Positions 47,342 to 57,163 of a DNA stretch of 64,000 nt are shown here, one piece after another. Within the stretch, counting starts at the first letter, position 1, and each line of letters begins with the position of its first letter. The stretch spans positions 672,001 through 736,000 of the forward strand of contig CBDBDQ010000005.1 in NCBI GenBank assembly GCA_965203905.1. The letters run 5' to 3'. The position numbers and the translations under genes were made by a program. The notes under the pieces are model-generated. The model did not search any database. It was given only the letters and a program-made list of their open reading frames with translations, and was not told where the DNA came from. Source of the DNA: Spirochaetia bacterium (GTDB lineage Bacteria; Spirochaetota; Spirochaetia; SZUA-6; Bin103).

Positions 47342-48991
47342 ATGGCTGAACCGCGCTGCATCGGCATCGACTTCGGCACCGACTCGGTACGCGTCGTGCT
47401 GGTGCGAGTCGACACCGGAGACCAGGAGGGGCGCGCGGTGGCGGCCTATCCCCGCTGGAACGAAGGGCGCTACAGCGACGCGGCGGCCAACCGCTTCCGC
47501 CAGCATCCCCTGGACTACACCGAGAGCCTGGAGCGTGCTTGCCAGGAGCTGACCTCCGCGCTGAGCGCGGCGCAGCGCGACGCCATCATCGGAATCGGAG
47601 TCGATACCACCGGATCGACGGTTTGCGCAGTGGACGAGGCGGGCGCTCCGCTCTCCCTCGACGCGCGCTTCGCCGAGAACCCGAACGCGATGTTCGTGCT
47701 GTGGAAGGACCACACCGCGGTGCGCGAGGCGGACGAGATCAACGACCTGGCGCGCACCTGGGGTGGCCCCGACTACACCCGTTTCGAGGGCGGCATCTAC
47801 TCCTCGGAGTGGTTCTGGGCCAAGGTGCTGCACGTGCTGCGCGCCGATTCCGAGGTCGCCGCCGCGGCCTGGTCCTGGAGCGAGCACTGCGACTGGATCC
47901 CCGGCCTCCTGGTCGGAGCCACGGCACCGGAGGCACTGCGCCGGGGGCGCGCCGCCGCCGGCCACAAGGCGATGTGGCACGAATCGTGGGGCGGCCTGCC
48001 GAGCGCCGAGTTTCTGGGGCAGCTTGACCCGCGGCTGGCGGAGCTGCGCGGCCGCCTGTACGACGACTCCTACACCGCCGACCAGTGTGCCGGCACCCTC
48101 ACCGCCGAGTGGGCCGCGCGACTCGGACTTCCAGCCGGCATCGCGGTGGCGGTGGGCGGCTTCGACGCGCACCTGGGTGCCGTGGGCGGCGGCATCGGTC
48201 CCGGCGCCCTGACCAAGATCCTGGGCACCTCCACCTGCGACATGATCGTGACCGACGCCGCCACCCTCGGCGACCGGCTGATCCCCGGCATCTGCGGACA
48301 GGTGGACGGCTCCATCATTCCCGGCTTGGTGGGCCTGGAGGCGGGGCAGTCGGCCTACGGCGACGTGTACGCCTGGTTCCGCGACCTGCTGAGCTGGCCG
48401 CTGCGCACGCTGCCGGCGGCGCAGCGGGAGCCGCTGGAGGCGCGCCTGCTCGACGACCTGGCGGACGCCGCGGCCGCCCTGCCGGTGGATCCGGCCGGCG
48501 TGCTGAGCCTGGACTGGTTCAACGGCCGCCGCACCCCGAACGCCGACGCCACGCTGCAGGCGGCGATCACCGGGCTCAGTCTCGGCGCCGACGCCCCGGC
48601 GCTGTTCCGCTCCCTGGTCGAGGCCACCGCCTACGGCAGCCGCGCCATCAACGAGCACTTCACCGCCGCCGGCATCGCCGTGGACGAGATCATCGCCCTC
48701 GGCGGCATCTCCCAGCGCTCCGACTTCGCGGTGCAGGTTGCCGCCGACGTGCTCGACATGCCGATCAAGGTCGCCGCCACCGAGGAGGGCAGCGCTCTCG
48801 GCGCGGCGATGTGCGCCGCCACCGCCGCCGGCCACCACGCCACGGTGGAAGAGGCGCAGGCAGCCATGAGTGCCGGCTTCAAGGTCACCTACGAGCCCCA
48901 CCCCGAGCGCGCGGCCCGCTACACGGAAGGCTACCAGCGCTACCGCGAACTGGCGCAGACGGTCGAAGCCGCCCCCTGGCGGCGTAGGTAG
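47342..48991 (+). CDS. araB: Ribulokinase
   Basis: Motifs 'IGIDFGTDSVR', 'IGVDTTGST', 'NAMFVLWKDHTA', 'SSEWFWAK', 'GICGQVDGS' and 'DWFNGRRTP'. GGAGGT RBS. Confidence 0.96.
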   Translation: MAEPRCIGIDFGTDSVRVVLVRVDTGDQEGRAVAAYPRWNEGRYSDAAANRFRQHPLDYTESLERACQELTSALSAAQRDAIIGIGVDTTGSTVCAVDEAGAPLSLDARFAENPNAMFVLWKDHTAVREADEINDLARTWGGPDYTRFEGGIYSSEWFWAKVLHVLRADSEVAAAAWSWSEHCDWIPGLLVGATAPEALRRGRAAAGHKAMWHESWGGLPSAEFLGQLDPRLAELRGRLYDDSYTADQCAGTLTAEWAARLGLPAGIAVAVGGFDAHLGAVGGGIGPGALTKILGTSTCDMIVTDAATLGDRLIPGICGQVDGSIIPGLVGLEAGQSAYGDVYAWFRDLLSWPLRTLPAAQREPLEARLLDDLADAAAALPVDPAGVLSLDWFNGRRTPNADATLQAAITGLSLGADAPALFRSLVEATAYGSRAINEHFTAAGIAVDEIIALGGISQRSDFAVQVAADVLDMPIKVAATEEGSALGAAMCAATAAGHHATVEEAQAAMSAGFKVTYEPHPERAARYTEGYQRYRELAQTVEAAPWRRR

Positions 48992-49010
48992 TCGCGCTGC
49001 TCAGCACAGC

Positions 49011-49283
49011 GTTGCCGATATAAACGAAGCGAAAGCTCACCTAGGCAGCTTCCTGGATGCTGTGAAAGCCGGCGATGAGGTGGTCATCACCGATCACGGT
49101 CGCTCTGTGGCCCGCATTATCAGGGAACCCAAGGATTCAGACTCCGACGCGGAGCGGCTGCAACGTCTTGCGACATCCGGGCTAGTAACTCTGCCAGCCG
49201 AGAATTCATCTCCCGAGAGTTACATGCCCCCACGAATCAAAGGAAGGCCGTTGTCAGACATCGTGTCCGAAGATCGCAGTTGA
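49011..49283 (+). CDS. Phd/YefM family antitoxin (start codon not evident; possibly degenerate)
   Basis: 'INEAKAHLGSFLDAVKAGDEVVITDHGRSVARI...LSDIVSEDR'. Confidence 0.75.
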   Translation, partial: VADINEAKAHLGSFLDAVKAGDEVVITDHGRSVARIIREPKDSDSDAERLQRLATSGLVTLPAENSSPESYMPPRIKGRPLSDIVSEDRS

Positions 49284-49322
49284 TCGCTTTACTTCGACAT
49301 GAGCGCTCTCGTAAAGCGCTAC
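49280..49322 (+). pseudogene. Truncated, frameshifted VapC (PIN) relic
   Basis: TTG ATC GCT [T] TAC TTC GAC ATG AGC GCT CTC GTA AAG CGC TAC reads MIA(+1)YFDMSALVKRY, compared with the typical 'YFDTSALVKRY'. Similarity is then lost. Confidence 0.7.
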
Positions 49323-49415
49323 GCTCGCCCCTCGCGGGCGGCCGCAGCGCGCCGGGCCGGAGTTGGTAACGGCCCAGTCAAGACCTGCAACCAACCAAGC
49401 TTTGTTCTTTGCAAG

Positions 49416-50261
49416 TCAGCCCTTCAGTCCGGTAATGGTAATGCCTTCGACGAAGTATCGTTGAAAGAATGCGAATAGAACAACTATGGGAACCGTGGTC
49501 ATTACACAGGCAGCCATCAACAAGCCCCATTCCGGTTTGTAATAGGTCACTACAAATTGTTGAATCCCCAAAGAAATGGGAAACTTGCTTTCGTCATTCA
49601 AGTAGATCAAAGGACCTAAGAAGTCACGCCACGCATCTATGAACTGAAACAGAGCCACTACCGACAACGCGGCCTTGCATTGAGGGATTATGATCCACGC
49701 GAAAATCATCAGCTCCCCGGCGCCGTCAATTCGTGCACAACTGCTGTACTCCTCGGGAATGGTCATAAAAAACTGCCGCAGCAAGAAGATGAAAAAGGCG
49801 TTGCCAAAGAAATGCGGGACCACCAAAGGCAGATACGTGTTGGCCCAGCCCAACTTGTGCATCATCAAGAACAGCGGGATCATGGTGACCTGGAAGGGGA
49901 TCATCATCATGCTCAATGTCAACAAGAAGCCGAACTTCTTGAACGGCCAGTCCAATCTTGCGAAACTGTACGCGACCAGGGAATTGGAAAAAAGCGCCCC
50001 CAGTATTGTCAGCGCACAGTAAATGGCTGAGTTCTTGATGTAGTTGAAGAATGGGATAAACCTGGTGGCTTCAACATAGTTGCTCCACTGTGCCGGAATG
50101 GGCATCCACACCGGGGGGTATTGAAAGATCTGTACGCTGGATTTCAATGATGTTACCACCATCCAATAGATGGGCAAGAGAAACAATACTACCCCGACGA
50201 TGGTGGCAGCGGCAGCGACCATCGTGTTGCCGTGCCGATCTCTCATGGCGATGGTTCTCAT
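49416..50261 (-). CDS. Carbohydrate ABC transporter permease (MalG-like)
   Basis: Motifs 'MMIPFQVTMIP', 'FLLRQFFMTIP...ARIDGA' and 'FQRYFVEGI..TGLKG'. Confidence 0.93.
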   Translation of the reverse strand: MRTIAMRDRHGNTMVAAAATIVGVVLFLLPIYWMVVTSLKSSVQIFQYPPVWMPIPAQWSNYVEATRFIPFFNYIKNSAIYCALTILGALFSNSLVAYSFARLDWPFKKFGFLLTLSMMMIPFQVTMIPLFLMMHKLGWANTYLPLVVPHFFGNAFFIFLLRQFFMTIPEEYSSCARIDGAGELMIFAWIIIPQCKAALSVVALFQFIDAWRDFLGPLIYLNDESKFPISLGIQQFVVTYYKPEWGLLMAACVMTTVPIVVLFAFFQRYFVEGITITGLKG

Positions 50262-51151
50262 CTGTTCTCCGCTTCGTAGTAGATCCAGTTGGAGGAGCGC
50301 CTGATGACGAACAGAGTTACCGCGATAGTTATGATAAACAAGATCCAAGCCATGGCCGACGCATAACCCATCTTGTAAAACCGAAATGCATTGTTATAGA
50401 GGTACATCGAGTAAAAGGTGGCACTGCGCAAAGGCCCACCGTACGTCACCCCCGCCGTCGTGGTCATTATGTAGGGTATGTCGAAGTACACGAATGTGCG
50501 TATTATTCCGATGATTACATTGAATAGAATAATTGGAGATATCATCGGCAGGGTGATATAAAGGGTCTTGCGGACAGGAGAAGCACCCTCCAGGTCCGCG
50601 GCCTCATAGAGTTGCGGTGAAACATCCTTCAAGGAGGCGAGGAAGATGAGCATCAGGTCACCGATAAGCCAGCAATTTATCATTATCAGTGCCGGCTTGA
50701 TCCAGCGCGGGTCGCCAAGCCATCCCGGGCCACGGATACCGACCAGTTGGAGGATGGCATTCAACATGCCGACCTCCGCGTCAAGCATCCAGCGCCAGAC
50801 TATCGCAATTACCACGATAGGTACTACACTGGGCAGATAGAAGATTGCCCTGCTCACCCTGACTCCCGGGAAGCGGCGGTTCAGCAGCATCGCTACAAAC
50901 AGTGCTACCGCAACCGTAATCGGGAGTCCAATCAGAAACAGATAGATGGTGTTCTGTAGTGAAACCCAGAACACCTCGTCTCTGAGAAGGCTTACGTAGT
51001 TTTCCAGTCCCACAAAAAACGGCGGGGTGACGATATCGAATTCAGTGAAGCTGTTGTATATCGATGCCCCAATGGGATAGAATCTGAAAACCACCATGCC
51101 CACGAGCCAGGGCGAGGCAAAGAGCAATCCGACGGAGATTCTCCGTTTCAA
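50258..51151 (-). CDS. Carbohydrate ABC transporter permease (MalF/UgpA-like)
   Basis: Motifs 'FVGLENY', 'FYLPSVVP', 'LYEAADLEGA' and 'MGYASAMAWILF'. Confidence 0.93.
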   Translation of the reverse strand: MKRRISVGLLFASPWLVGMVVFRFYPIGASIYNSFTEFDIVTPPFFVGLENYVSLLRDEVFWVSLQNTIYLFLIGLPITVAVALFVAMLLNRRFPGVRVSRAIFYLPSVVPIVVIAIVWRWMLDAEVGMLNAILQLVGIRGPGWLGDPRWIKPALIMINCWLIGDLMLIFLASLKDVSPQLYEAADLEGASPVRKTLYITLPMISPIILFNVIIGIIRTFVYFDIPYIMTTTAGVTYGGPLRSATFYSMYLYNNAFRFYKMGYASAMAWILFIITIAVTLFVIRRSSNWIYYEAENR

Positions 51152-51157
51152 GATTTG

Positions 51158-52471
51158 CTACTCTAAGTTGTACCGTCTCTTGAACTTCGCAAACTCCTCT
51201 TCGGCCTTCGCCTGAAGGTCGTTAAGGGCCTGCTCCGGCGTCTTGACCTGGTATATGGCTTCTTCAATCGCAGCGTTGATCTCAGTCAACACGAAGTTCG
51301 CGATTGGCACCGGTGGTGACATGAACGCATTCGGGCCGGCCGCCTGCTCCGAGAACATCTTGATGTTCGGATTGGGATGCTCTGCGATGAAAGCCGGATC
51401 CCGGTTCCACTTCACAATCGGAGTGTAGGTGCCGAATCCGTACGCGATTCGAGTTGCACTCTCCTGTTCGTACCAGAACCTCAGTACATTGCCGGCTTCT
51501 TTCGGGTGTTTCGACTGTGCGGGAATGACATTGTAATCGCAGGTCATCAGAATGGTTCCCGCAGGGGCTCCTGGGTTCAGCGGAGGAGCGGCCACGCCCC
51601 ACTCCAGATCAGGCTTGAAACGGTTGATGAACTCGAAATTCCACAAGCCCATCATGTCGAAGGTCAACCTTCCGGTCCAGAATTGATAGTTCTCCGTGTC
51701 GTAGCCTCCTTGAGCACCCCGAAATCTCTGCACGTTCTGGACTCCCCACTCTGCCACGAGGGACGTCATCCATTCCAGCATCTCTACGTTCTTGGGGTGA
51801 TTCAAGGTGAGCGCACCCGTCTCTTCATCGTAAATCGATCCACCAAAATAGTAGAACCATTGGTACACGTCCCAGTTGGCAAAAGGCATCATACCGATGG
51901 ATTCTATAAAGCCGTCTTCACTCAGTTTCGTTACCTGGTGAATGTACTCGTTCAGTTCCTCGATTGTGGTCGGTGGAGACTCCGGATCAAGCCCCGCTTC
52001 CTGAAAGATTGCTTTGTTCCAATACAGATTCCAGGTCCAAGGATAGATTGGCACCCCATAAAGTTCGTCTCCGTGGGTTGCAAAATCTACCAGCGTGGAG
52101 ATGAAATCATCCTTGGTGATGTCACCGGTGAAATACTCATCAAGTGGTGCCAACTGACCTCTCAGTGCATATTCGGCTAACGTCTGCGACCAGGTAAACG
52201 AGAAGTCCGGCACATCACCAGAGGCCAGAGCGGTAATGAATTTGTTCCACAGATCTGCGATTTGTTCATATACCACCGTTACGCCCGGGGTTTGTTCGTT
52301 GTACGCAGCGAAGACGTCTTCTACTGCCGCTCGATAGTTGTCGCCATGAAGGCCCCAATAGCTAAGGGTTATCTCTTCGGCTGCCGCTGCTTCACCTTCT
52401 CCGGCCGCCCAAACAGTGAATGATGCGATCAGCAGGCACACCATTATGCAAAACGCGGTCCTCTTTGACAT
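51158..52471 (-). CDS. Carbohydrate ABC transporter solute-binding protein (family 1)
   Basis: Signal peptide '...VWAAGEGE', 'ASGDVPD', 'YWNKAIFQEAGLDPESPPTT' and 'TPEQAL'. Confidence 0.92.
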   Translation of the reverse strand: MSKRTAFCIMVCLLIASFTVWAAGEGEAAAAEEITLSYWGLHGDNYRAAVEDVFAAYNEQTPGVTVVYEQIADLWNKFITALASGDVPDFSFTWSQTLAEYALRGQLAPLDEYFTGDITKDDFISTLVDFATHGDELYGVPIYPWTWNLYWNKAIFQEAGLDPESPPTTIEELNEYIHQVTKLSEDGFIESIGMMPFANWDVYQWFYYFGGSIYDEETGALTLNHPKNVEMLEWMTSLVAEWGVQNVQRFRGAQGGYDTENYQFWTGRLTFDMMGLWNFEFINRFKPDLEWGVAAPPLNPGAPAGTILMTCDYNVIPAQSKHPKEAGNVLRFWYEQESATRIAYGFGTYTPIVKWNRDPAFIAEHPNPNIKMFSEQAAGPNAFMSPPVPIANFVLTEINAAIEEAIYQVKTPEQALNDLQAKAEEEFAKFKRRYNLE

Positions 52472-52761
52472 ATGTCACTCTCCTAATAAATGTTTTTTGT
52501 ACATGTTGGATTTTCCAGTAGTGTACATGTACTTGGAACTACAATTTCGAACCTCCTTTCTGGAAATGGGCGCATTCGTTGTACCCCGCGCCTACTGGTC
52601 TGTCAACTGCGCGCGAAATGCAGACTGATGCTGTATCGAAGCATCCACTCGAACGGTACCTGGAACTGGCCGGCTGTACCCGCCATCATGCAGACTGAGC
52701 GGCGGCGCGGCCGGCGAACACGATCTGGAGCGGCCTCGGCCCACCGCGCCCGACAGCAGGT

Positions 52762-54042
52762 TCAGCGCGCGGCGCCGTTCCCGGAGTGGGTCAGGTAGGC
52801 GATGGTGAGGGGGCCCTCCGGCAGCACGCACAGGCGCACCGGCTGTAACTGCGCCAGGGTGGCCTCGATGTCGCGGGTCGGGGTGAGCAGCGCGGCGCGG
52901 ATCTCGGCGTCGTCGAGGCCGTCGCTGTAGACGTAGACGTCGGCGTGACGCTGGATCTGCGCCTGGATCTGCACCTGCCACTGGTCCTGCGCCGAGAAAC
53001 CGGGACGCTGCAGCAGCTCCAGGATGGCGTCGGGGGAGCCGGCCTCGGCCAGCAGCTCGGCGTAGCGGCCGTGGCTCGGCAGGCCGTCCTCGCACCCAGC
53101 CGCCAGCACGATGGCGCCGCCGGCGCGCACGATGCCCCTGGCCGCCTGCATCCCCTTCACCGTCTGGTAGAGGTTCTGGTCCAGCGGGTAGCCGCTGTTG
53201 GTGGTGACCACCGCGTCGAACGGTTCCTCCACCGGTACCATGGCGCTGTCGCGCACGAAGGCGCAGCCGCGGCGGTGCGCCTCGATCACGTCGCCGGCGA
53301 ACACGCCGGTGATCTCGCCGCCGGCGTTGAGGGTGACGTTGAGCAGGAACAGCGGCTCCACCAGCAGCGCCGCCTCGCGCATCTCCTCCCAGATCGGGTT
53401 GCCCTCGGTGATGCCCCAGGTCGCCCGTGGATCGCCGATCATGGCGTAGCCGTGGTTGGTGAGCACGCTCTCGTGGCCCGCCAGGGCCGGCAGCGCGCCC
53501 TTCGGCCCGCCGCTGAAGCCGGCGAAGAAGTGGGGCTCGATGAAGCCGGTGAAGATCACCACGTCAGCCTCCATGACCGTCCGGTTGAGGCGGATGGTGT
53601 TGCCGCGGCTGGTGCTGCCGGCCGCCACCAGGCCGGTGTCGTCCCAGGCGTCGTGCTGCGTGCAGCGGTAGCGGTCGACCACCTCCGCGCCCAGCATCTG
53701 CCGCAGCTCCGCCGCCGTCTGCGGCCGATGGGTACCCAGCGCGTTGATCAGGGTGATGTCGCCACGCCGCACCCCGGCCCGCTCCAGTGCCCCCAGGAGC
53801 ACCGGCAGGATGCGGTCGTTCGGCGTGGCGCGGGTGATGTCGCTGTGGGTCACCACCACGCGGCGCTTGCCGGCGGCCAACTGCGCCAGCGGCGGCGTGC
53901 CCACCGGGTCGGCCAGGGCCGCCTCCAGCGCGGCGCGCTCGTCGCCGACGCCGGCCACCGGTCGCGGACGTACCACCTGCGCATGGTCGGGCACCTCGAC
54001 GCTCAGGCCGCGGCGCCCGTAGGCCAGTTCGACGCGCTTCAC
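52762..54042 (-). CDS. larA: Nickel-pincer-dependent lactate racemase LarA family protein
   Basis: Motifs 'LAYGR.GL', 'SDITRATP', 'ALGTHR', 'IEPHFFAGFSGGPK', 'GNPIWEEM' and 'GYPLDQNLYQTVKG'. Confidence 0.9.
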   Translation of the reverse strand: MKRVELAYGRRGLSVEVPDHAQVVRPRPVAGVGDERAALEAALADPVGTPPLAQLAAGKRRVVVTHSDITRATPNDRILPVLLGALERAGVRRGDITLINALGTHRPQTAAELRQMLGAEVVDRYRCTQHDAWDDTGLVAAGSTSRGNTIRLNRTVMEADVVIFTGFIEPHFFAGFSGGPKGALPALAGHESVLTNHGYAMIGDPRATWGITEGNPIWEEMREAALLVEPLFLLNVTLNAGGEITGVFAGDVIEAHRRGCAFVRDSAMVPVEEPFDAVVTTNSGYPLDQNLYQTVKGMQAARGIVRAGGAIVLAAGCEDGLPSHGRYAELLAEAGSPDAILELLQRPGFSAQDQWQVQIQAQIQRHADVYVYSDGLDDAEIRAALLTPTRDIEATLAQLQPVRLCVLPEGPLTIAYLTHSGNGAAR

Positions 54043-54140
54043 CGCCGGCCCGCCCCCGCCGCGCCGCACGCCGGGCCAGTGGTCCGCGGCGCGCCCGGCA
54101 ACGCGCCCGTCTCCAGGACGCCCCGCCACCGGCCCCTCAC

Positions 54141-55532
54141 TCAGTCCCCATCCCCGGCTTGCAGCCGCTGCGCCGCGCCGGGGTCGCCGATGTGCATCGT
54201 GTCGTAGGCCTGCTGCGAGGAGCTGAACGGCCCCACCCCGGCGTGGCCGTGCCAGTCACCCTGAGTCAGGATCGGGGCCGGCAACCGGGTGGTGCTGGTG
54301 CGCTCGTCGATCCAGCCCTCCATGCGCTCGCGCAGGAACGCCACCACGTCGGGCAACTCGTCGGCCAGGTTGTGCAGCTCCTCGGGGTCGTCGGTGAGAC
54401 GGTACAGCTCCACCGGCGGCTTGAAGTGGAAGTCCGGCTCCAGCGCCACGATCAACTTCCATTCCGGCGTGCGCCAGCCGTGCTTGCGCATCCAGGTGCA
54501 CTCCGCGATGTAGAACTCGCTGGCGTAGCTGGCGACCTCGCCGCGCACCAGCGGCTGCAGGCTGCGGCCGTCGAACTGTGCCGGGTCATGGGGCAGCCCG
54601 GCCAGATCCAGCAGCGTCGGAACCAGGTCCTGGTGCTGGTTGTAGCCGGGCACCCGCACGCCGCGCGGCAGCGCCGGCGGATAGCGCAGGATCAGCGGCA
54701 CGTGCAGGACGTTGTCGTAGGTGCCGTGGTGATCGAACCAGCACTCGTGGTCGTAGAGGGTCTCGCCATGGTCGCCGTTCACCACCACGATGGTCTCGTC
54801 GAGCACGCCGCGCGCCGCCAGGGCATTGAAGATTCCCTGGATCGCCGCGTCCATGTACGCGATCGCGCCGTCGTACTGTGCGATCACGTACTCCTTGTCG
54901 GTGATCCCGCGCGGCAGCCAGGCGGCGAAGTAGTCGCAAAACGGCTTGAACGCCATTACCGGTTCCATGGAGCGGTTGGCCGGGTCGCACTCGTCGCCGT
55001 GGTAGAAGATGCGCTCATAGGGGTGCGGCGGCAGGTAGGGGGAGTGGGGATCCATGTGCCGCAGGAACAGCAGGAACGGATCGCCGGCATCGAGCAGCCG
55101 GTCCAGCTCGGGCAGGCTCACCTCGTTCAGGAGCTGTGCCTTGGGGGCACGGCCGCTGGGGTCGCCGTGCCACGCCTCGTACTCGAGGTAACGGTCGAAA
55201 CCGCGCGCGCTGGGGTTGCCCTTGAAGCCGACGCTGGTGCTGGTGTAGCCATGCGGGCGCAGCAACTCCGGCAGCGTGGTCACGGCGGCGCCCACCGGGC
55301 CCTGGTGCCGCAGCGCCACCACCTGGGTGCTGAAGCAGTCCAGCCCCGAGAGCATGGAGCAGTAGGCCGGCGTGGTGGGCACCACGGGCGAGAAGGTGCG
55401 CTCGAACAGCACCGCGTCGGCGGCGAATCGATCCAGGTGCGGGGTGGTCAGGCGCTGATAGCCGTAGCCGCTCATGTGGCCGGCGCTCAGGGAGTCGATC
55501 CCAAGCAGGACGATATTAGGTGGCTTTGCCAT
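54141..55532 (-). CDS. Sulfatase-like (alkaline phosphatase superfamily) hydrolase, Thr at the nucleophile position
   Basis: Motifs 'PNIVLLGIDSL', 'PTTPAYCSMLSG', 'DPHSPY', 'YDGAIAYMD', 'GDHGE' and 'LHVPLI'. Confidence 0.88.
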   Translation of the reverse strand: MAKPPNIVLLGIDSLSAGHMSGYGYQRLTTPHLDRFAADAVLFERTFSPVVPTTPAYCSMLSGLDCFSTQVVALRHQGPVGAAVTTLPELLRPHGYTSTSVGFKGNPSARGFDRYLEYEAWHGDPSGRAPKAQLLNEVSLPELDRLLDAGDPFLLFLRHMDPHSPYLPPHPYERIFYHGDECDPANRSMEPVMAFKPFCDYFAAWLPRGITDKEYVIAQYDGAIAYMDAAIQGIFNALAARGVLDETIVVVNGDHGETLYDHECWFDHHGTYDNVLHVPLILRYPPALPRGVRVPGYNQHQDLVPTLLDLAGLPHDPAQFDGRSLQPLVRGEVASYASEFYIAECTWMRKHGWRTPEWKLIVALEPDFHFKPPVELYRLTDDPEELHNLADELPDVVAFLRERMEGWIDERTSTTRLPAPILTQGDWHGHAGVGPFSSSQQAYDTMHIGDPGAAQRLQAGDGD

Positions 55533-55554
55533 TTATGCCTCCCGATGCCCGCGC

Positions 55555-57024
55555 TCAGCGGTCCAGGTAGTCGCGTGCCCAGCTCCCGCCGGCGGCGCCG
55601 CTGCCGGGAGCGCGCCACAGCGCCTGCACCGCTTCGCTTGCACCGTAGTCGCCCAGCGTGCGCAGGAACGACTCGTGCAGCTCGTTCACCGTGGCCCGGT
55701 TGGCCGCCGCCACGTCCTGCTCGGCCAGCGGGTCGGCCCCGAGGTCGAAGAGCTGCGGGGCGCCCTCGGGTCCGACCGGGGCGTACCCCCACTGCCCGGT
55801 GCGCAGAAACGGCGTCGAGGCGCGCGCGGGAAGCTCGTGTGGCGTTGCCGCCGCCGGCCGCGCATGGGCGCCGGTGATCACCAGGTCGCGCAACGTGCCC
55901 CCGCCGTCCAGCAGTTGCGGTGCGAAGGAACGCCCCTGCAGCGGCTGCGGCGGATCGATCGCCACTCCCACCAGCTCGCACAGGGTGGGTAGCAGGTCCA
56001 TCGGCTGCGCCATCAGGTCGAGACTGCCGCCCGCCGGCACGGGACCGGCCTGGGCGTTGCCGGCGATGAGGCACAGCTCGTTGCTCAGCTCCGGGTACAG
56101 CGGCCAGAAACGGCCGTCGTCGGTGGTGATGTTGCTCTTGCCGCAGCAGTTGTGCTCGCCGATCGACATGCCGTGGTCGGCCATCACCACCACCAGCGAG
56201 CGCTGCCACAGGTCGAGGTCGTCCAGTTTCTGCAGGATGCGGCCGATGTGCCGGTCCACCAGCTCCGACTCCGCGGCGTAGTGGGCCCACAGGTTGCGCA
56301 GCTCGGCGTCGCCGTAGCGGTCGGCCGGACCGTAGTTGGGATGCAGCATTGGCGGGCCGTCGTAGTCCGGATCGTAGCGCCGCACCAGGTACTCCGGCGG
56401 ATCCCACGGCTCGTGGGGATCGAAGAAGTCCACCCACAGGAAGAAGGGCCCGGAGCGGTAGTTGCGCTCCAGCCAGGTGGCGGCGGTGAGCGCGGTGCGG
56501 GCGCAGAAGGTGTCGGCCTCGGTGCGGATGTCGTTGAGCCAGCCGTGCAGGTCGACCAGGGTGGCGCCGAAGGTCTCCGGCGAGAGGCGCGTCTTGGCCC
56601 GCGGCACCGCCTCCGCGATGGGGTCGTCCATGTGCAGCAGGGTCATGTCCCCCTCCTGCCCCCGATGCTGGTAGCTGCCCTGGAAGCCCACCTGAAATCC
56701 CGACTTGAACAGGTGCGGGCAGTCGCAGATGAGCTGTGTGAAGTAGCCCTGCCCGGCCAGCAGGGTGGCGATGTGATTGGGCGTGCTGTGACTGATCGGC
56801 TGCCAGCCGTAGTGGGGCCAGCCCACCCTGCCGCTGGCGAAGTCGGTGCGATGCGGGATGGTGGGGAAGCTGCTCATGGTGAGCCCGGTGAGCTCGGTGG
56901 CGCGCTCGGCGGCGAAGCGGTCCAGCTCCGGCGTGTGGACCGGCCGCCGCGCCCGCGCGCCCAGGTTGTCGCGGCGAAAGGTGTCGGTGATGAGGACAAT
57001 GATGTTCGGATGCTCGGCAGCCAT
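55555..57024 (-). CDS. Sulfatase-like hydrolase, Thr at the nucleophile position
   Basis: Motifs 'PNIIVLITDTFRRD', 'TPELDRFA', 'FPTIPHRTDFASG', 'DFFDPHEPWDPP' and 'ADHG'. Confidence 0.88.
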   Translation of the reverse strand: MAAEHPNIIVLITDTFRRDNLGARARRPVHTPELDRFAAERATELTGLTMSSFPTIPHRTDFASGRVGWPHYGWQPISHSTPNHIATLLAGQGYFTQLICDCPHLFKSGFQVGFQGSYQHRGQEGDMTLLHMDDPIAEAVPRAKTRLSPETFGATLVDLHGWLNDIRTEADTFCARTALTAATWLERNYRSGPFFLWVDFFDPHEPWDPPEYLVRRYDPDYDGPPMLHPNYGPADRYGDAELRNLWAHYAAESELVDRHIGRILQKLDDLDLWQRSLVVVMADHGMSIGEHNCCGKSNITTDDGRFWPLYPELSNELCLIAGNAQAGPVPAGGSLDLMAQPMDLLPTLCELVGVAIDPPQPLQGRSFAPQLLDGGGTLRDLVITGAHARPAAATPHELPARASTPFLRTGQWGYAPVGPEGAPQLFDLGADPLAEQDVAAANRATVNELHESFLRTLGDYGASEAVQALWRAPGSGAAGGSWARDYLDR

Positions 57025-57163
57025 GCGCCGAGTGTACGCCATTTGCGCCAGCGCCGGTACTGCGCAGTCATTCTGAAAGCAGCGCCGACGCGCCGCAGTA
57101 GTAGAGAGTGTAGAACGGACCGCGACCGCGGCGCGGCTCCGTCGAACCGATCAGGAGGGATGT

